From: Macrostomum lignano
Lineage: Eukaryota
Direction: 5' to 3'
Length of the DNA stretch: 64,000 bases
Assembly: GCA_002269645.1 (NCBI GenBank)
Contig: NIVC01001975.1
Coordinates: 62,001-126,000 of the forward strand
Each line of letters begins with the position of its first letter. Positions within the stretch are counted from its first letter, which is position 1. A model generated the notes under the pieces. It had not been told where the DNA came from. It made no database searches and saw only the letters and a list, made by a program, of their open reading frames with translations. Both the position numbers and the translations under genes were made by a program. Below are positions 10,278-23,045 of this stretch, piece after piece.

Positions 10278-13200
10278 GTGATCGATTAGAGAAAAAATGG
10301 CTGGACCGATTTTGTTCAAACTTGCACTGTTCGATCAGAAATTTTCCCGTGACTGTACATGCATCGCGGCTAAGAAATTGCTCGATGCTAAAGGCATTAA
10401 ATATTCGAAAAACATGCTTTTTTGCAAAGGTCAAGCAAACTTTTCGACTTGAAATGCATTGTAAGAATGCTAGAGAAAAAACTGACTGGTTGAATTCTGG
10501 TTCTGAAATAGATTGCATCATCACTGAATTGTAACTCCGACTTGAATTGAAAATGCAGTGTGGAAGCGTAGCACCAGACTTGATTTAAATTGCGTAACCA
10601 TATTGTTAACTGATACTGACTGACTGAGAAACTGATTATGTCATAACTGCTTCGTGTGATTTACTCTATGCTTGGATTTTAAACTGTTGAATTATATATA
10701 TATATATAAGTGCAAAATTTGATGTTATCAAAAAGATGAGAACTAGCCTAGAGGTGAACAGACTGAACTGCTAAATGCAGCGACGATGGTTCGAATTTTC
10801 ATAGAGTATAATTTTTTTAATTAAAGCTTTTCAACGTCAGGAAAACTAAAAGACTTTTTAAAAAGAAGCGTCATGTAAAAATCATAGTAGCGTCATGTAA
10901 AAAATCGTAGAAGCGTCATATAAAAAATTATAGAAGCGTCATATAAAAATCATAGATGCGTCATTTAAAAAATCATAGAAGCATCATGTAAACAATCATA
11001 GAAGCGTCATTTAAAAAATCATAGAAGCATCATATAAAAATCATAGATGCGTCATTTAAAAAATCATAGAAGCATCATGTAAACAATCATAGAAGCGTCA
11101 TTTAAAAAAATCATAGAAGCGTCATATAAAAATCATAGATGCGTCATTTAAAAAATCATGGAAGCGTCATGTAAACAATCATAGAAGCGTCATGTGAAAA
11201 TCATAGAAGCGTCACGTAAAGAATCATAGAAGCGTCATGTAAACAATCATAGAAGCGTCATGTAAACAATCATAGAAGCGTCATGTAAAAAATCATAGAA
11301 GCGTCATGTAAACAATTATAGAAGCGTCATGTAAAAAAATCATAGAAGCGTCATGTAAACAATCATAGAAGCGTCATGTAAACAATCATAGAAGCGTCAT
11401 GTAAACAATCATAGAAGCGTCATGTAAAAAATCGTAGAAGCGTCATTTAAAAAATCATAGAAGCGTCATGCAAAAATCATAGATGCGTCATTTAAAAAAT
11501 CATGGAAGCGTCATGTAAACAATCATAGAAGCGTCATGTAAAAAATCATAGAAGCGTCATATAAAAATCATAGATGCATCATAGATGCCTAGAGGTGAAC
11601 AGACTGAACTGCTAAATGCAGCGACGATGGTTCGAATTTTCATAGAGTATAATTTTTTTAATTAAAGCTTTTCAACGTCAGGAAAACTAAAAGACTTTTT
11701 AAAAAGAAGCGTCATGTAAAAATCATAGTAGCGTCATGTAAAAAATCGTAGAAGCGTCATATAAAAAATTATAGAAGCGTCATATAAAAATCATAGATGC
11801 GTCATTTAAAAATCATAGAAGCATCATATAAAAATCATAGATGCGTCATTTAAAAAACCATAGAAGCATCATGTAAACAATCATAGAAGCGTCATTTAAA
11901 AAATCATAGAAGCATCATATAAAAATCATAGATGCGTCATTTAAAAAATCATAGAAGCATCATGTAAACAATCATAGAAGCGTCATTTAAAAAAATCATA
12001 GAAGCGTCATATAAAAATCATAGATGCGTCATTTAAAAAATCATGGAAGCGTCATGTAAACAATCATAGAAGCGTCATGTGAAAATCATAGAAGCGTCAC
12101 GTAAAGAATCATAGAACCGTCATGTAAACAATCATAGAAGCGTCATGTAAACAATCATAGAAGCGTCATGTAAAAAATCATAGAAGCGTCATGTAAACAA
12201 TTATAGAAGCGTCATGTAAAAAAATCATAGAAGCGTCATGTAAACAATCATAGAAGCGTCATGTAAACAATCATAGAAGCGTCATGTAAACAATCATAGA
12301 AGCGTCATGTAAAAAATCGTAGAAGCGTCATTTAAAAAATCATAGAAGCGTCATGCAAAAAATCATAGATGCGTCATTTAAAAAATCATGGAAGCGTCAT
12401 GTAAACAATCATAGAAGCGTCATGTAAAAAATCGTAGAAGCGTCATTTAAAAATCATAGAAAATCATAAAAATCAAAAATTAAATGCAGCTATAATGCTG
12501 TGCTGGGGAGAAAAACTGAGACGTAAAGGCTCTCAGAGAATAACTGCTGAGATTACGGGGGGGGGGGTTTCTGAGATGTCAAAGCAAAAGTCAGAAGCTA
12601 CTTCAAAGTTCATGTACTTTACTCAATTTTTTTATTGCATTCTTTGTTGGCTCGCCACGGGAGGCGCTTATAGAAGAAGAGTCATGTAAAAAATAAAAGT
12701 AGCACTACGAGCGTATGTACGAGCTATACATAAAAGAAAAGTCATGTTCAAGTTAAAAGATTCATTTGGGAATTGCTACGATGTCAAAGCTTGGTGGAAA
12801 TCGTTATAGTGCTGTGATTCTTAAAGAAGGAATCACTAAAATGTCAAGGCTTAGGGGAGAAGAATTGCTGAGATTTCAAGGCTTTAGGTTGGGTTAAAGT
12901 TAGGTTTAGGTCAGGTGTGGGTTGAGGGTTATATTTTATCGGGTTTCAAGGTTAACAGAATAACAGGGGATTTTTTAGATTTCAAGGTTTATGGAGGCCA
13001 TCGCTGACATGTTAAGGCTTACGGGGGGAATAGCTGAGATGTCAAGGCTCACGGGGTATAAATGAGATTTCAAGGCTAAAGTCAGAAGCTACATGTAGTT
13101 TATTGAAAACTTTTTATTACATTATTTGATGCCTCCTCAGGGGAGGGATCGCTGATAAAAAAAGCGTAATGTAAAAAATAAAAGAAGCTTCATGTCGAAG

Positions 13201-13595
13201 TTAAGAGATTCATTTGGGAATCCCTACGATGTCGAGGCTTGCAGGAAATCGCTATAATGCTGTAGTAGTGCTATAGTGACTCTTAGAGAGAATTACTGAA
13301 ATTTCAATGTTAGGTTAGGGTTAGGGTTAGGGTTAGGGCTAGGGTTAGGGTTAGGGTTAGGCTAGGGTTAGAAGGTTGACAGATATTTTTAGATTTCCAA
13401 GGCTTATTGGGGCATTGCTGAGATGTCAAGGGGGGAAGTTGATATGTTAAAGCTTGTGGGGGGGGGAATTACTGACATGTCAAGGCTTACAAGGTTTGAC
13501 AGGAGATTTTTTAAGATTTCAAGGATACATGTAGCTTATTAAAAAAACGTGTATTGCATTTATTTGGCTCCCCAACGGGGGGCGTAGATTGCTAG
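10208..13595 (+). mobile_element. Helitron-type element, copy 3 (3388 bp; internal module x2)
   Basis: CTAG|TC junctions at both ends; second CCTAGAGGTGAAC module at 11588. Confidence 0.8.
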
Positions 13596-13624
13596 TCCTA
13601 TATACTAAAAATGGTCTGTCTGTG

Positions 13625-13665
<41 letters not shown>

Positions 13666-16600
13666 GTGATCGATTAGAGAAAAAATGGCTGGACCGATTT
13701 TGTTCAAACTTGCACTGTTCGATCAGAAATTTTCCCGTGACTGTACATGCATCGCGGCTAAGAAATTGCTCGATGCTAAAGGCATTAAATATTCGAAAAA
13801 CATGCTTTTTTGCAAAGGTCAAGCAAACTTTTCGACTTGAAATGCATTGTAAGAATGCTAGAGAAAAAACTGACTGGTTGAATTCTGGTTCTGAAATAGA
13901 TTGCATCATCACTGAATTGTAACTCCGACTTGAATTGAAAATGCAGTGTGGAAGCGTAGCACCAGACTTGATTTAAATTGCGTAACCATATTGTTAACTG
14001 ATACTGACTGACTGAGAAACTGATTATGTCATAACTGCTTCGTGTGATTTACTCTATGCTTGGATTTTAAACTGTTGAATTATATATATATATATAAGTG
14101 CAAAATTTGATGTTATCAAAAAGATGAGAACTAGCCTAGAGGTGAACAGACTGAACTGCTAAATGCAGCGACGATGGTTCGAATTTTCATACAGTATAAT
14201 TTTTTTAATTAAAGCTTTTCAACGTCAGGAAAACTAAAAGACTTTTTAAAAAGAAGCGTCATGTAAAAATCATAGTAGCGTCATGTAAAAAATCGTAGAA
14301 GCGTCATATAAAAAATTATAGAAGCGTCATATAAAAATCATAGATGCGTCATTTAAAAAATCATAGAAGCATCATGTAAACAATCATAGAAGCGTCATTT
14401 AAAAAATCATAGAAGCATCATATAAAAATCATAGATGCGTCATTTAAAAAATCATAGAAGCATCATGTAAACAATCATAGAAGCGTCATTTAAAAAAATC
14501 ATAGAAGCGTCATATAAAAATCATAGATGCGTCATTTAAAAAATCATGGAAGCGTCATGTAAACAATCATAGAAGCGTCATGTGAAAATCATAGAAGCGT
14601 CACGTAAAGAATCATAGAAGCGTCATGTAAACAATCATAGAAGCGTCATGTAAACAATCATAGAAGCGTCATGTAAAAAATCATAGAAGCGTCATGTAAA
14701 CAATTATAGAAGCGTCATGTAAAAAAATCATAGAAGCGTCATGTAAACAATCATAGAAGCGTCATGTAAACAATCATAGAAGCGTCATGTAAACAATCAT
14801 AGAAGCGTCATGTAAAAAATCGTAGAAGCGTCATTTAAAAAATCATAGAAGCGTCATGCAAAAATCATAGATGCGTCATTTAAAAAATCATGGAAGCGTC
14901 ATGTAAACAATCATAGAAGCGTCATGTAAAAAATCATAGAAGCGTCATATAAAAATCATAGATGCATCATAGATGCCTAGAGGTGAACAGACTGAACTGC
15001 TAAATGCAGCGACGATGGTTCGAATTTTCATAGAGTATAATTTTTTTAATTAAAGCTTTTCAACGTCAGGAAAACTAAAAGACTTTTTAAAAAGAAGCGT
15101 CATGTAAAAATCATAGTAGCGTCATGTAAAAAATCGTAGAAGCGTCATGTAAAAATCATAGTAGCGTCATGTAAAAAATCGTAGAAGCGTCATATAAAAA
15201 ATTATAGAAGCGTCATATAAAAATCATAGATGCGTCATTTAAAAAATCATAGAAGCATCATGTAAACAATCATAGAAGCGTCATTTAAAAAATCATAGAA
15301 GCATCATATAAAAATCATAGATGCGTCATTTAAAAAATCATAGAAGCATCATGTAAACAATCATAGAAGCGTCATTTAAAAAAATCATAGAAGCGTCATA
15401 TAAAAATCATAGATGCGTCATTTAAAAAATCATGGAAGCGTCATGTAAACAATCATAGAAGCGTCATGTGAAAATCATAGAAGCGTCACGTAAAGAATCA
15501 TAGAAGCGTCATGTAAACAATCATAGAAGCGTCATGTAAACAATCATAGAAGCGTCATGTAAAAAATCATAGAAGCGTCATGTAAACAATTATAGAAGCG
15601 TCATGTAAAAAAATCATAGAAGCGTCATGTAAACAATCATAGAAGCGTCATGTAAACAATCATAGAAGCGTCATGTAAACAATCATAGAAGCGTCATGTA
15701 AAAAATCGTAGAAGCGTCATTTAAAAAATCATAGAAGCGTCATGCAAAAATCATAGATGCGTCATTTAAAAAATCATGGAAGCGTCATGTAAACAATCAT
15801 AGAAGCGTCATGTAAAAAATCATAGAAGCGTCATATAAAATCATAGATGCATCATAGATGCTTAGAGGTGAACAGACTGAACTGCTAAATGCAGCGACGA
15901 TGGTTCGAATTTTCATAGAGTATAATTTTTTTAATTAAAGCTTTTCAACGTCAGGAAAACTAAAAGACTTTTTAAAAAGAAGCGTCATGTAAAATCATAG
16001 TAGCGTCATGTAAAAAATCGTAGAAGCGTCATATAAAAAATTATAGAAGCGTCATATAAAAATCATAGATGCGTCATTTAAAAAATCATAGAAGCATCAT
16101 ATAAAAATCATAGATGCGTCATTTAAAAAACCATAGAAGCATCATGTAAACAATCATAGAAGCGTCATTTAAAAAATCATAGAAGCATCATATAAAAATC
16201 ATAGATGCGTCATTTAAAAAATCATAGAAGCATCATGTAAACAATCATAGAAGCGTCATTTAAAAAAATCATAGAAGCGTCATATAAAAATCATAGATGC
16301 GTCATTTAAAAAATCATGGAAGCGTCATGTAAACAATCATAGAAGCGTCATGTGAAAATCATAGAAGCGTCACGTAAAGAATCATAGAACCGTCATGTAA
16401 ACAATCATAGAAGCGTCATGTAAACAATCATAGAAGCGTCATGTAAAAAATCATAGAAGCGTCATGTAAACAATTATAGAAGCGTCATGTAAAAAAATCA
16501 TAGAAGCGTCATGTAAACAATCATAGAAGCGTCATGTAAACAATCATAGAAGCGTCATGTAAACAATCATAGAAGCGTCATGTAAAAAATCGTAGAAGCG

Positions 16601-18509
16601 TCATTTAAAAAATCATAGAAGCGTCATGCAAAAATCATAGATGCGTCATTTAAAAAATCATGGAAGCGTCATGTAAACAATCATAGAAGCGTCATGTAAA
16701 AAATCATAGAAGCGTCATATAAAAATCATAGATGCATCATTTAAAAAAATCATAGAAGCGTCATATAAAAAATCATAAAAGCGTCACGTAAAGAATCATA
16801 GAAGCGTCATGTAAACAATCATAGAAGCGTCATGTAAACAATCATAGAAGCGTCATGTAAACAATCATAGAAGCGTCATGTAAAAAATCATAGAAGCGTC
16901 ATGTAAACAATCATAGAAGCGTCATATAAAAAATCATAAAAGCGTCACGTAAAGAATCATAGAAGCGTCATGTAAACAATCATAGAAGCGTCATGTAAAC
17001 AATCATAGAAGCGTCATATAAAAATCATAGATGCATCATTCAAAAAATCATAGAAGCGTCATATAAAAAATCATAAAAGCGTCACGTAAAGAATCATAGA
17101 AGCGTCATGTAAACAATCATAGAAGCGTCATGTAAACAATCATAGAAGCGTCATGTAAACAATCATAGAAGCGTCATGTAAAAAATCATAGAAGCGTCAT
17201 GTAAACAATCATAGAAGCGTCATGTAAACAATCATAGAAGCGTCATTTAAAAAATCATAGAAGCGTCATGTAAACAATCATAGAAGCGTCATGTAAAAAA
17301 TCATAGAAGCGTCATGTAAAAAATCATAGAAGCGTCATGTAAAAATCGTAGAAGCGTCATTTAAAAATCATAGAAAATCATAAAAATCAAAAATTAAATG
17401 CAGCTATAATGCTGTGCTGGGGAGAAAAACTGAGACGTAAAGGCTCTCAGAGAATAACTGCTGAGATTACGGGGGGGGGGTTTCTGAGATGTCAAAGCAA
17501 AAGTCAGAAGCTACTTCAAAGTTCATGTACTTTACTCAATTTTTTTATTGCATTCTTTGTTGGCTCGCCACGGGAGGCGCTTATAGAAGAAGAGTCATGT
17601 AAAAAATAAAAGTAGCACTACGAGCGTATGTACGAGCTATACATAAAAGAAAAGTCATGTTCAAGTTAAAAGATTCATTTGGGAATTGCTACGATGTCAA
17701 AGCTTGGTGGAAATCGTTATAGTGCTGTGATTCTTAAAGAAGGAATCACTAAAATGTCAAGGCTTAGGGGAGAAGAATTGCTGAGATTTCAAGGCTTTAG
17801 GTTGGGTTAAAGTTAGGTTTAGGTCAGGTGTGGGTTGAGGGTTATATTTTATCGGGTTTCAAGGTTAACAGAATAACAGGGGATTTTTTAGATTTCAAGG
17901 TTTATGGAGGCCATCGCTGACATGTTAAGGCTTACGGGGGGAATAGCTGAGATGTCAAGGCTCACGGGGTATAAATGAGATTTCAAGGCTAAAGTCAGAA
18001 GCTACATGTAGTTTATTGAAAACTTTTTATTACATTATTTGATGCCTCCTCAGGGGAGGGATCGCTGATAAAAAAAGCGTAATGTAAAAAATAAAAGAAG
18101 CTTCATGTCGAAGTTAAGAGATTCATTTGGGAATCCCTACGATGTCGAGGCTTGCAGGAAATCGCTATAATGCTGTAGTAGTGCTATAGTGACTCTTAGA
18201 GAGAATTACTGAAATTTCAATGTTAGGTTAGGGTTAGGGTTAGGGTTAGGGCTAGGGTTAGGGTTAGGGTTAGGCTGGGTTAGAAGGTTGACAGATATTT
18301 TTAGATTTCCAAGGCTTATTGGGGCATTGCTGAGATGTCAAGGGGGGAAGTTGATATGTCAAAGCTTGTGGGGGGGGGGGAATTACTGACATGTCAAGGC
18401 TTACAAGGTTTGACAGGAGATTTTTTAAGATTTCAAGGATACATGTAGCTTATTAAAAAAACGTGTATTGCATTTATTTGGCTCCCCAACGGGGGGCGTA
18501 GATTGCTAG
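13596..18509 (+). mobile_element. Helitron-type element, copy 4 (4914 bp; internal module x3)
   Basis: 5' TC junction; modules restart at 14976 and 15860; ends CTAG followed by T (18510). Confidence 0.8.
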
Positions 18510-19105
18510 TGTCGATCTATATATGGTAAAGTAATGACAACTAAGTCGCAACTAAAAAGTACAACAGAATATCCACTAATTTTCATGTAAGTTATGTTAC
18601 GAAAATTATTAGAATCTTCTCTATGCGTACTACAGAACATATATGCATGAGTTATTACTAAAAAATAAAAAGGTCGATGGTTTTTCAGTTGTCAGGATTA
18701 GCAGTTAGAAAGCTTCAATCGCCAAGTTAATGCTTATGTATACCTCTCTAGTTTCTCTGTAGTAAAACTGTATCTCAATACCTTGGCTAACTGCTTTTGA
18801 ATTCCATGTACACTCTAGCTACTGCATATTGCATCGCAAACAAAGGCCTGAGCTACCGAGGATTTTATAAACTATTGAATATAATCAATTATGCTAACGA
18901 CAAAGAGCTATTCATCCTCAGCTAAATAAAAATGGTCTATGAAGAAAGCTGATCAACAGTATTTTAGTAGTGCATATAATTTCTCTACGTCTGCTTTAGA
19001 CTTTTGTCCGTATTTTTTTGTTTATTTACTTCTAAAGTTGTTTAAAATTTTTAAGGCGGAAATTTTTTGCCATTTTTACAAACGTTCATTTGTGTTATCG
19101 CGGCC
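18510..19105 (+). repeat. 596-bp duplicate of the Helitron 3' flank / endophilin upstream region (other copy at 27003-27598)
   Basis: Appears identical by eye from TGTCGATCTATATATGG to TTATCGCGGCC. Confidence 0.9.
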
Positions 19106-19901
19106 GGGTCGTTCTCAAATTCTGGGAGGAGCAAAAATTTTAACAATTTTCGGAACATTTACTATTGTTACTGCCGTATTGAAAATAATAGGACACTTTC
19201 ATCTGTGAATAAAGATAATTTTTAGGTTGAAATTTATGTTGCAAAAGTGTTTTAAGTTGTCTTGCGGTATTAGGCGATATTAGGTGATGAAAAAATTCAA
19301 ATTCAATCACTTCACCGATGTCCTAATTTTTGACACTATGATGTCTGTAGCTAAAAAAAGTTGTTGTTGTGTTGAAAACTTGCTATATTACATTTAAAAT
19401 GAAAGCTTATATAAATTTAATTTAAGATTTTTTTAAAGCTTAATAAACTGCACTATAAATGATTTTATAGACGCTTAACTGTACGCCTAGCATTTCCGGT
19501 GGGATAGCCTCTTCTCATTTCACAAAATGTATTTTTCAGCTGACGTCTAGAATGTGCGCTGAAAATGATACATTTTGATGCAGATAATTAGAAAAACATG
19601 TCTTATTATCTTTTTGTAAAAATTGTTATGAAATAGAGTACTATTGTTGATAAAAATAATTAAAAGCAACCATGCATTGCAATAAACTCCTACTTTGAAG
19701 CACAAAATAAATATCCTGTAACCACACTAGCATTCTCCATGGAGCACCTTTTGAGCTGAAATTTTACACAGATATCGAGTAAAGTAAACTGAGCAAATGA
19801 TTTTTTTTGTTTTTGAAAATACTTCAATTTGGCTATGTATCAGTTAGTTCATTGGACATATTTATTATATTTTTATTAGAATCCTTGTAACCAAGCTTTC
19901 T

Positions 19902-22900
19902 TCACTGAATTGTAACTCCGACTTGAATTGAAAATGCAGTGTGGAAGCGTAGCACCAGACTTGATTTAAATTGCGTAACCATATTGTTAACTGATACTGA
20001 CTGACTGAGAAACTGATTATGTCATAACTGCTTCGTGTGATTTACTCTATGCTTGGATTTTAAACTGTTGAATTATATATATATATATAAGTGCAAAATT
20101 TGATGTTATCAAAAAGATGAGAACTAGCCTAGAGGTGAACAGACTGAACTGCTAAATGCAGCGACGATGGTTCGAATTTTCATAGAGTATAATTTTTTTA
20201 ATTAAAGCTTTTCAACGTCAGGAAAACTAAAAGACTTTTTAAAAAGAGGCGTCATGTAAAAATCATAGTAGCGTCATGTAAAAAATCGTAGAAGCGTCAT
20301 ATAAAAAATTATAGAAGCGTCATATAAAAATCATAGATGCGTCATTTAAAAAATCATAGAAGCATCATGTAAACAATCATAGAAGCGTCATTTAAAAAAT
20401 CATAGAAGCATCATATAAAAATCATAGATGCGTCATTTAAAAAATCATAGAAGCATCATGTAAACAATCATAGAAGCGTCATTTAAAAAAATCATAGAAG
20501 CGTCATATAAAAATCATAGATGCGTCATTTAAAAAATCATGGAAGCGTCATGTAAACAATCATAGAAGCGTCATGTGAAAATCATAGAAGCGTCACGTAA
20601 AGAATCATAGAAGCGTCATGTAAACAATCATAGAAGCGTCATGTAAACAATCAAAGAAGCGTCATGTAAAAAATCATAGAAGCGTCATGTAAACAATTAT
20701 AGAAGCGTCATGTAAAAAAATCATAGAAGCGTCATGTAAACAATCATAGAAGCGTCATGTAAACAATCATAGAAGCGTCATGTAAACAATCATAGAAGCG
20801 TCATGTAAAAAATCGTAGAAGCGTCATTTAAAAAATCATAGAAGCGTCATGCAAAAATCATAGATGCGTCATTTAAAAAATCATGGAAGCGTCATGTAAA
20901 CAATCATAGAAGCGTCATGTAAAAAATCATAGAAGCGTCATATAAAAATCATAGATGCATCATAGATGCCTAGAGGTGAACAGACTGAACTGCTAAATGC
21001 AGCGACGATGGTTCGAATTTTCATAGAGTATAATTTTTTTAATTAAAGCTTTTCAACGTCAGGAAAACTAAAAGACTTTTTAAAAAGAAGCGTCATGTAA
21101 AAATCATAGTAGCGTCATGTAAAAAATCGTAGAAGCGTCATATAAAAAATTATAGAAGCGTCATATAAAAATCATAGATGCGTCATTTAAAAAATCATAG
21201 AAGCATCATATAAAAATCATAGATGCGTCATTTAAAAAACCATAGAAGCATCATGTAAACAATCATAGAAGCGTCATTTAAAAAATCATAGAAGCATCAT
21301 ATAAAAATCATAGATGCGTCATTTAAAAAATCATAGAAGCATCATGTAAACAATCATAGAAGCGTCATTTAAAAAAATCATAGAAGCGTCATATAAAAAT
21401 CATAGATGCGTCATTTAAAAAATCATGGAGGCGTCATGTAAACAATCATAGAAGCGTCATGTGAAAATCATAGAAGCGTCACGTAAAGAATCATAGAACC
21501 GTCATGTAAACAATCATAGAAGCGTCATGTAAACAATCATAGAAGCGTCATGTAAAAAATCATAGAAGCGTCATGTAAACAATTATAGAAGCGTCATGTA
21601 AAAAAATCATAGAAGCGTCATGTAAACAATCATAGAAGCGTCATGTAAACAATCATAGAAGCGTCATGTAAACAATCATAGAAGCGTCATGTAAAAAATC
21701 GTAGAAGCGTCATTTAAAAAATCATAGAAGCGTCATGCAAAAAATCATAGATGCGTCATTTAAAAAATCATGGAAGCGTCATGTAAACAATCATAGAAGC
21801 GTCATGTAAAAAATCGTAGAAGCGTCATTTAAAAATCATAGAAAATCATAAAAATCAAAAATTAAATGCAGCTATAATGCTGTGCTGGGGAGAAAAACTG
21901 AGACGTAAAGGCTCTCAGAGAATAACTGCTGAGATTACGGGGGGGGGGGGTTTCTGAGATGTCAAAGCAAAAGTCAGAAGCTACTTCAAAGTTCATGTAC
22001 TTTACTCAATTTTTTTATTGCATTCTTTGTTGGCTCGCCACGGGAGGCGCTTATAGAAGAAGAGTCATGTAAAAAATAAAAGTAGCACTACGAGCGTATG
22101 TACGAGCTATACATAAAAGAAAAGTCATGTTCAAGTTAAAAGATTCATTTGGGAATTGCTACGATGTCAAAGCTTGGTGGAAATCGTTATAGTGCTGTGA
22201 TTCTTAAAGAAGGAATCACTAAAATGTCAAGGCTTAGGGGAGAAGAATTGCTGAGATTTCAAGGCTTTAGGTTGGGTTAAAGTTAGGTTTAGGTCAGGTG
22301 TGGGTTGAGGGTTATATTTTATCGGGTTTCAAGGTTAACAGAATAACAGGGGATTTTTTAGATTTCAAGGTTTATGGAGGCCATCGCTGACATGTTAAGG
22401 CTTACGGGGGGAATAGCTGAGATGTCAAGGCTCACGGGGTATAAATGAGATTTCAAGGCTAAAGTCAGAAGCTACATGTAGTTTATTGAAAACTTTTTAT
22501 TACATTATTTGATGCCTCCTCAGGGGAGGGATCGCTGATAAAAAAAGCGTAATGTAAAAAATAAAAGAAGCTTCATGTCGAAGTTAAGAGATTCATTTGG
22601 GAATCCCTACGATGTCGAGGCTTGCAGGAAATCGCTATAATGCTGTAGTAGTGCTATAGTGACTCTTAGAGAGAATTACTGAAATTTCAATGTTAGGTTA
22701 GGGTTAGGGTTAGGGTTAGGGCTAGGGTTAGGGTTAGGGTTAGGCTAGGGTTAGAAGGTTGACAGATATTTTTAGATTTCCAAGGCTTATTGGGGGCATT
22801 GCTGAGATGTCAAGGGGGAAGTTGATATGTCAAAGCTTGTGGGGGGGGGGAATTACTGACATGTCAAGGCTTACAAGGTTTGACAGGAGATTTTTTAAGA

Positions 22901-22979
22901 TTTCAAGGATACATGTAGCTTATTAAAAAAACGTGTATTGCATTTATTTGGCTCCCCAACGGGGGGCGTAGATTGCTAG
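19902..22979 (+). mobile_element. Helitron-type element, copy 5 (5'-truncated, 3078 bp; internal module x2)
   Basis: Homology starts at TCACTGAATTGTAACTCCG, about 310 bp into the consensus; ends hairpin + CTAG. Confidence 0.8.
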
Positions 22980-23008
22980 TCCTATATACTAAAAATGGTC
23001 TGTCTGTG

Positions 23009-23045
<37 letters not shown>

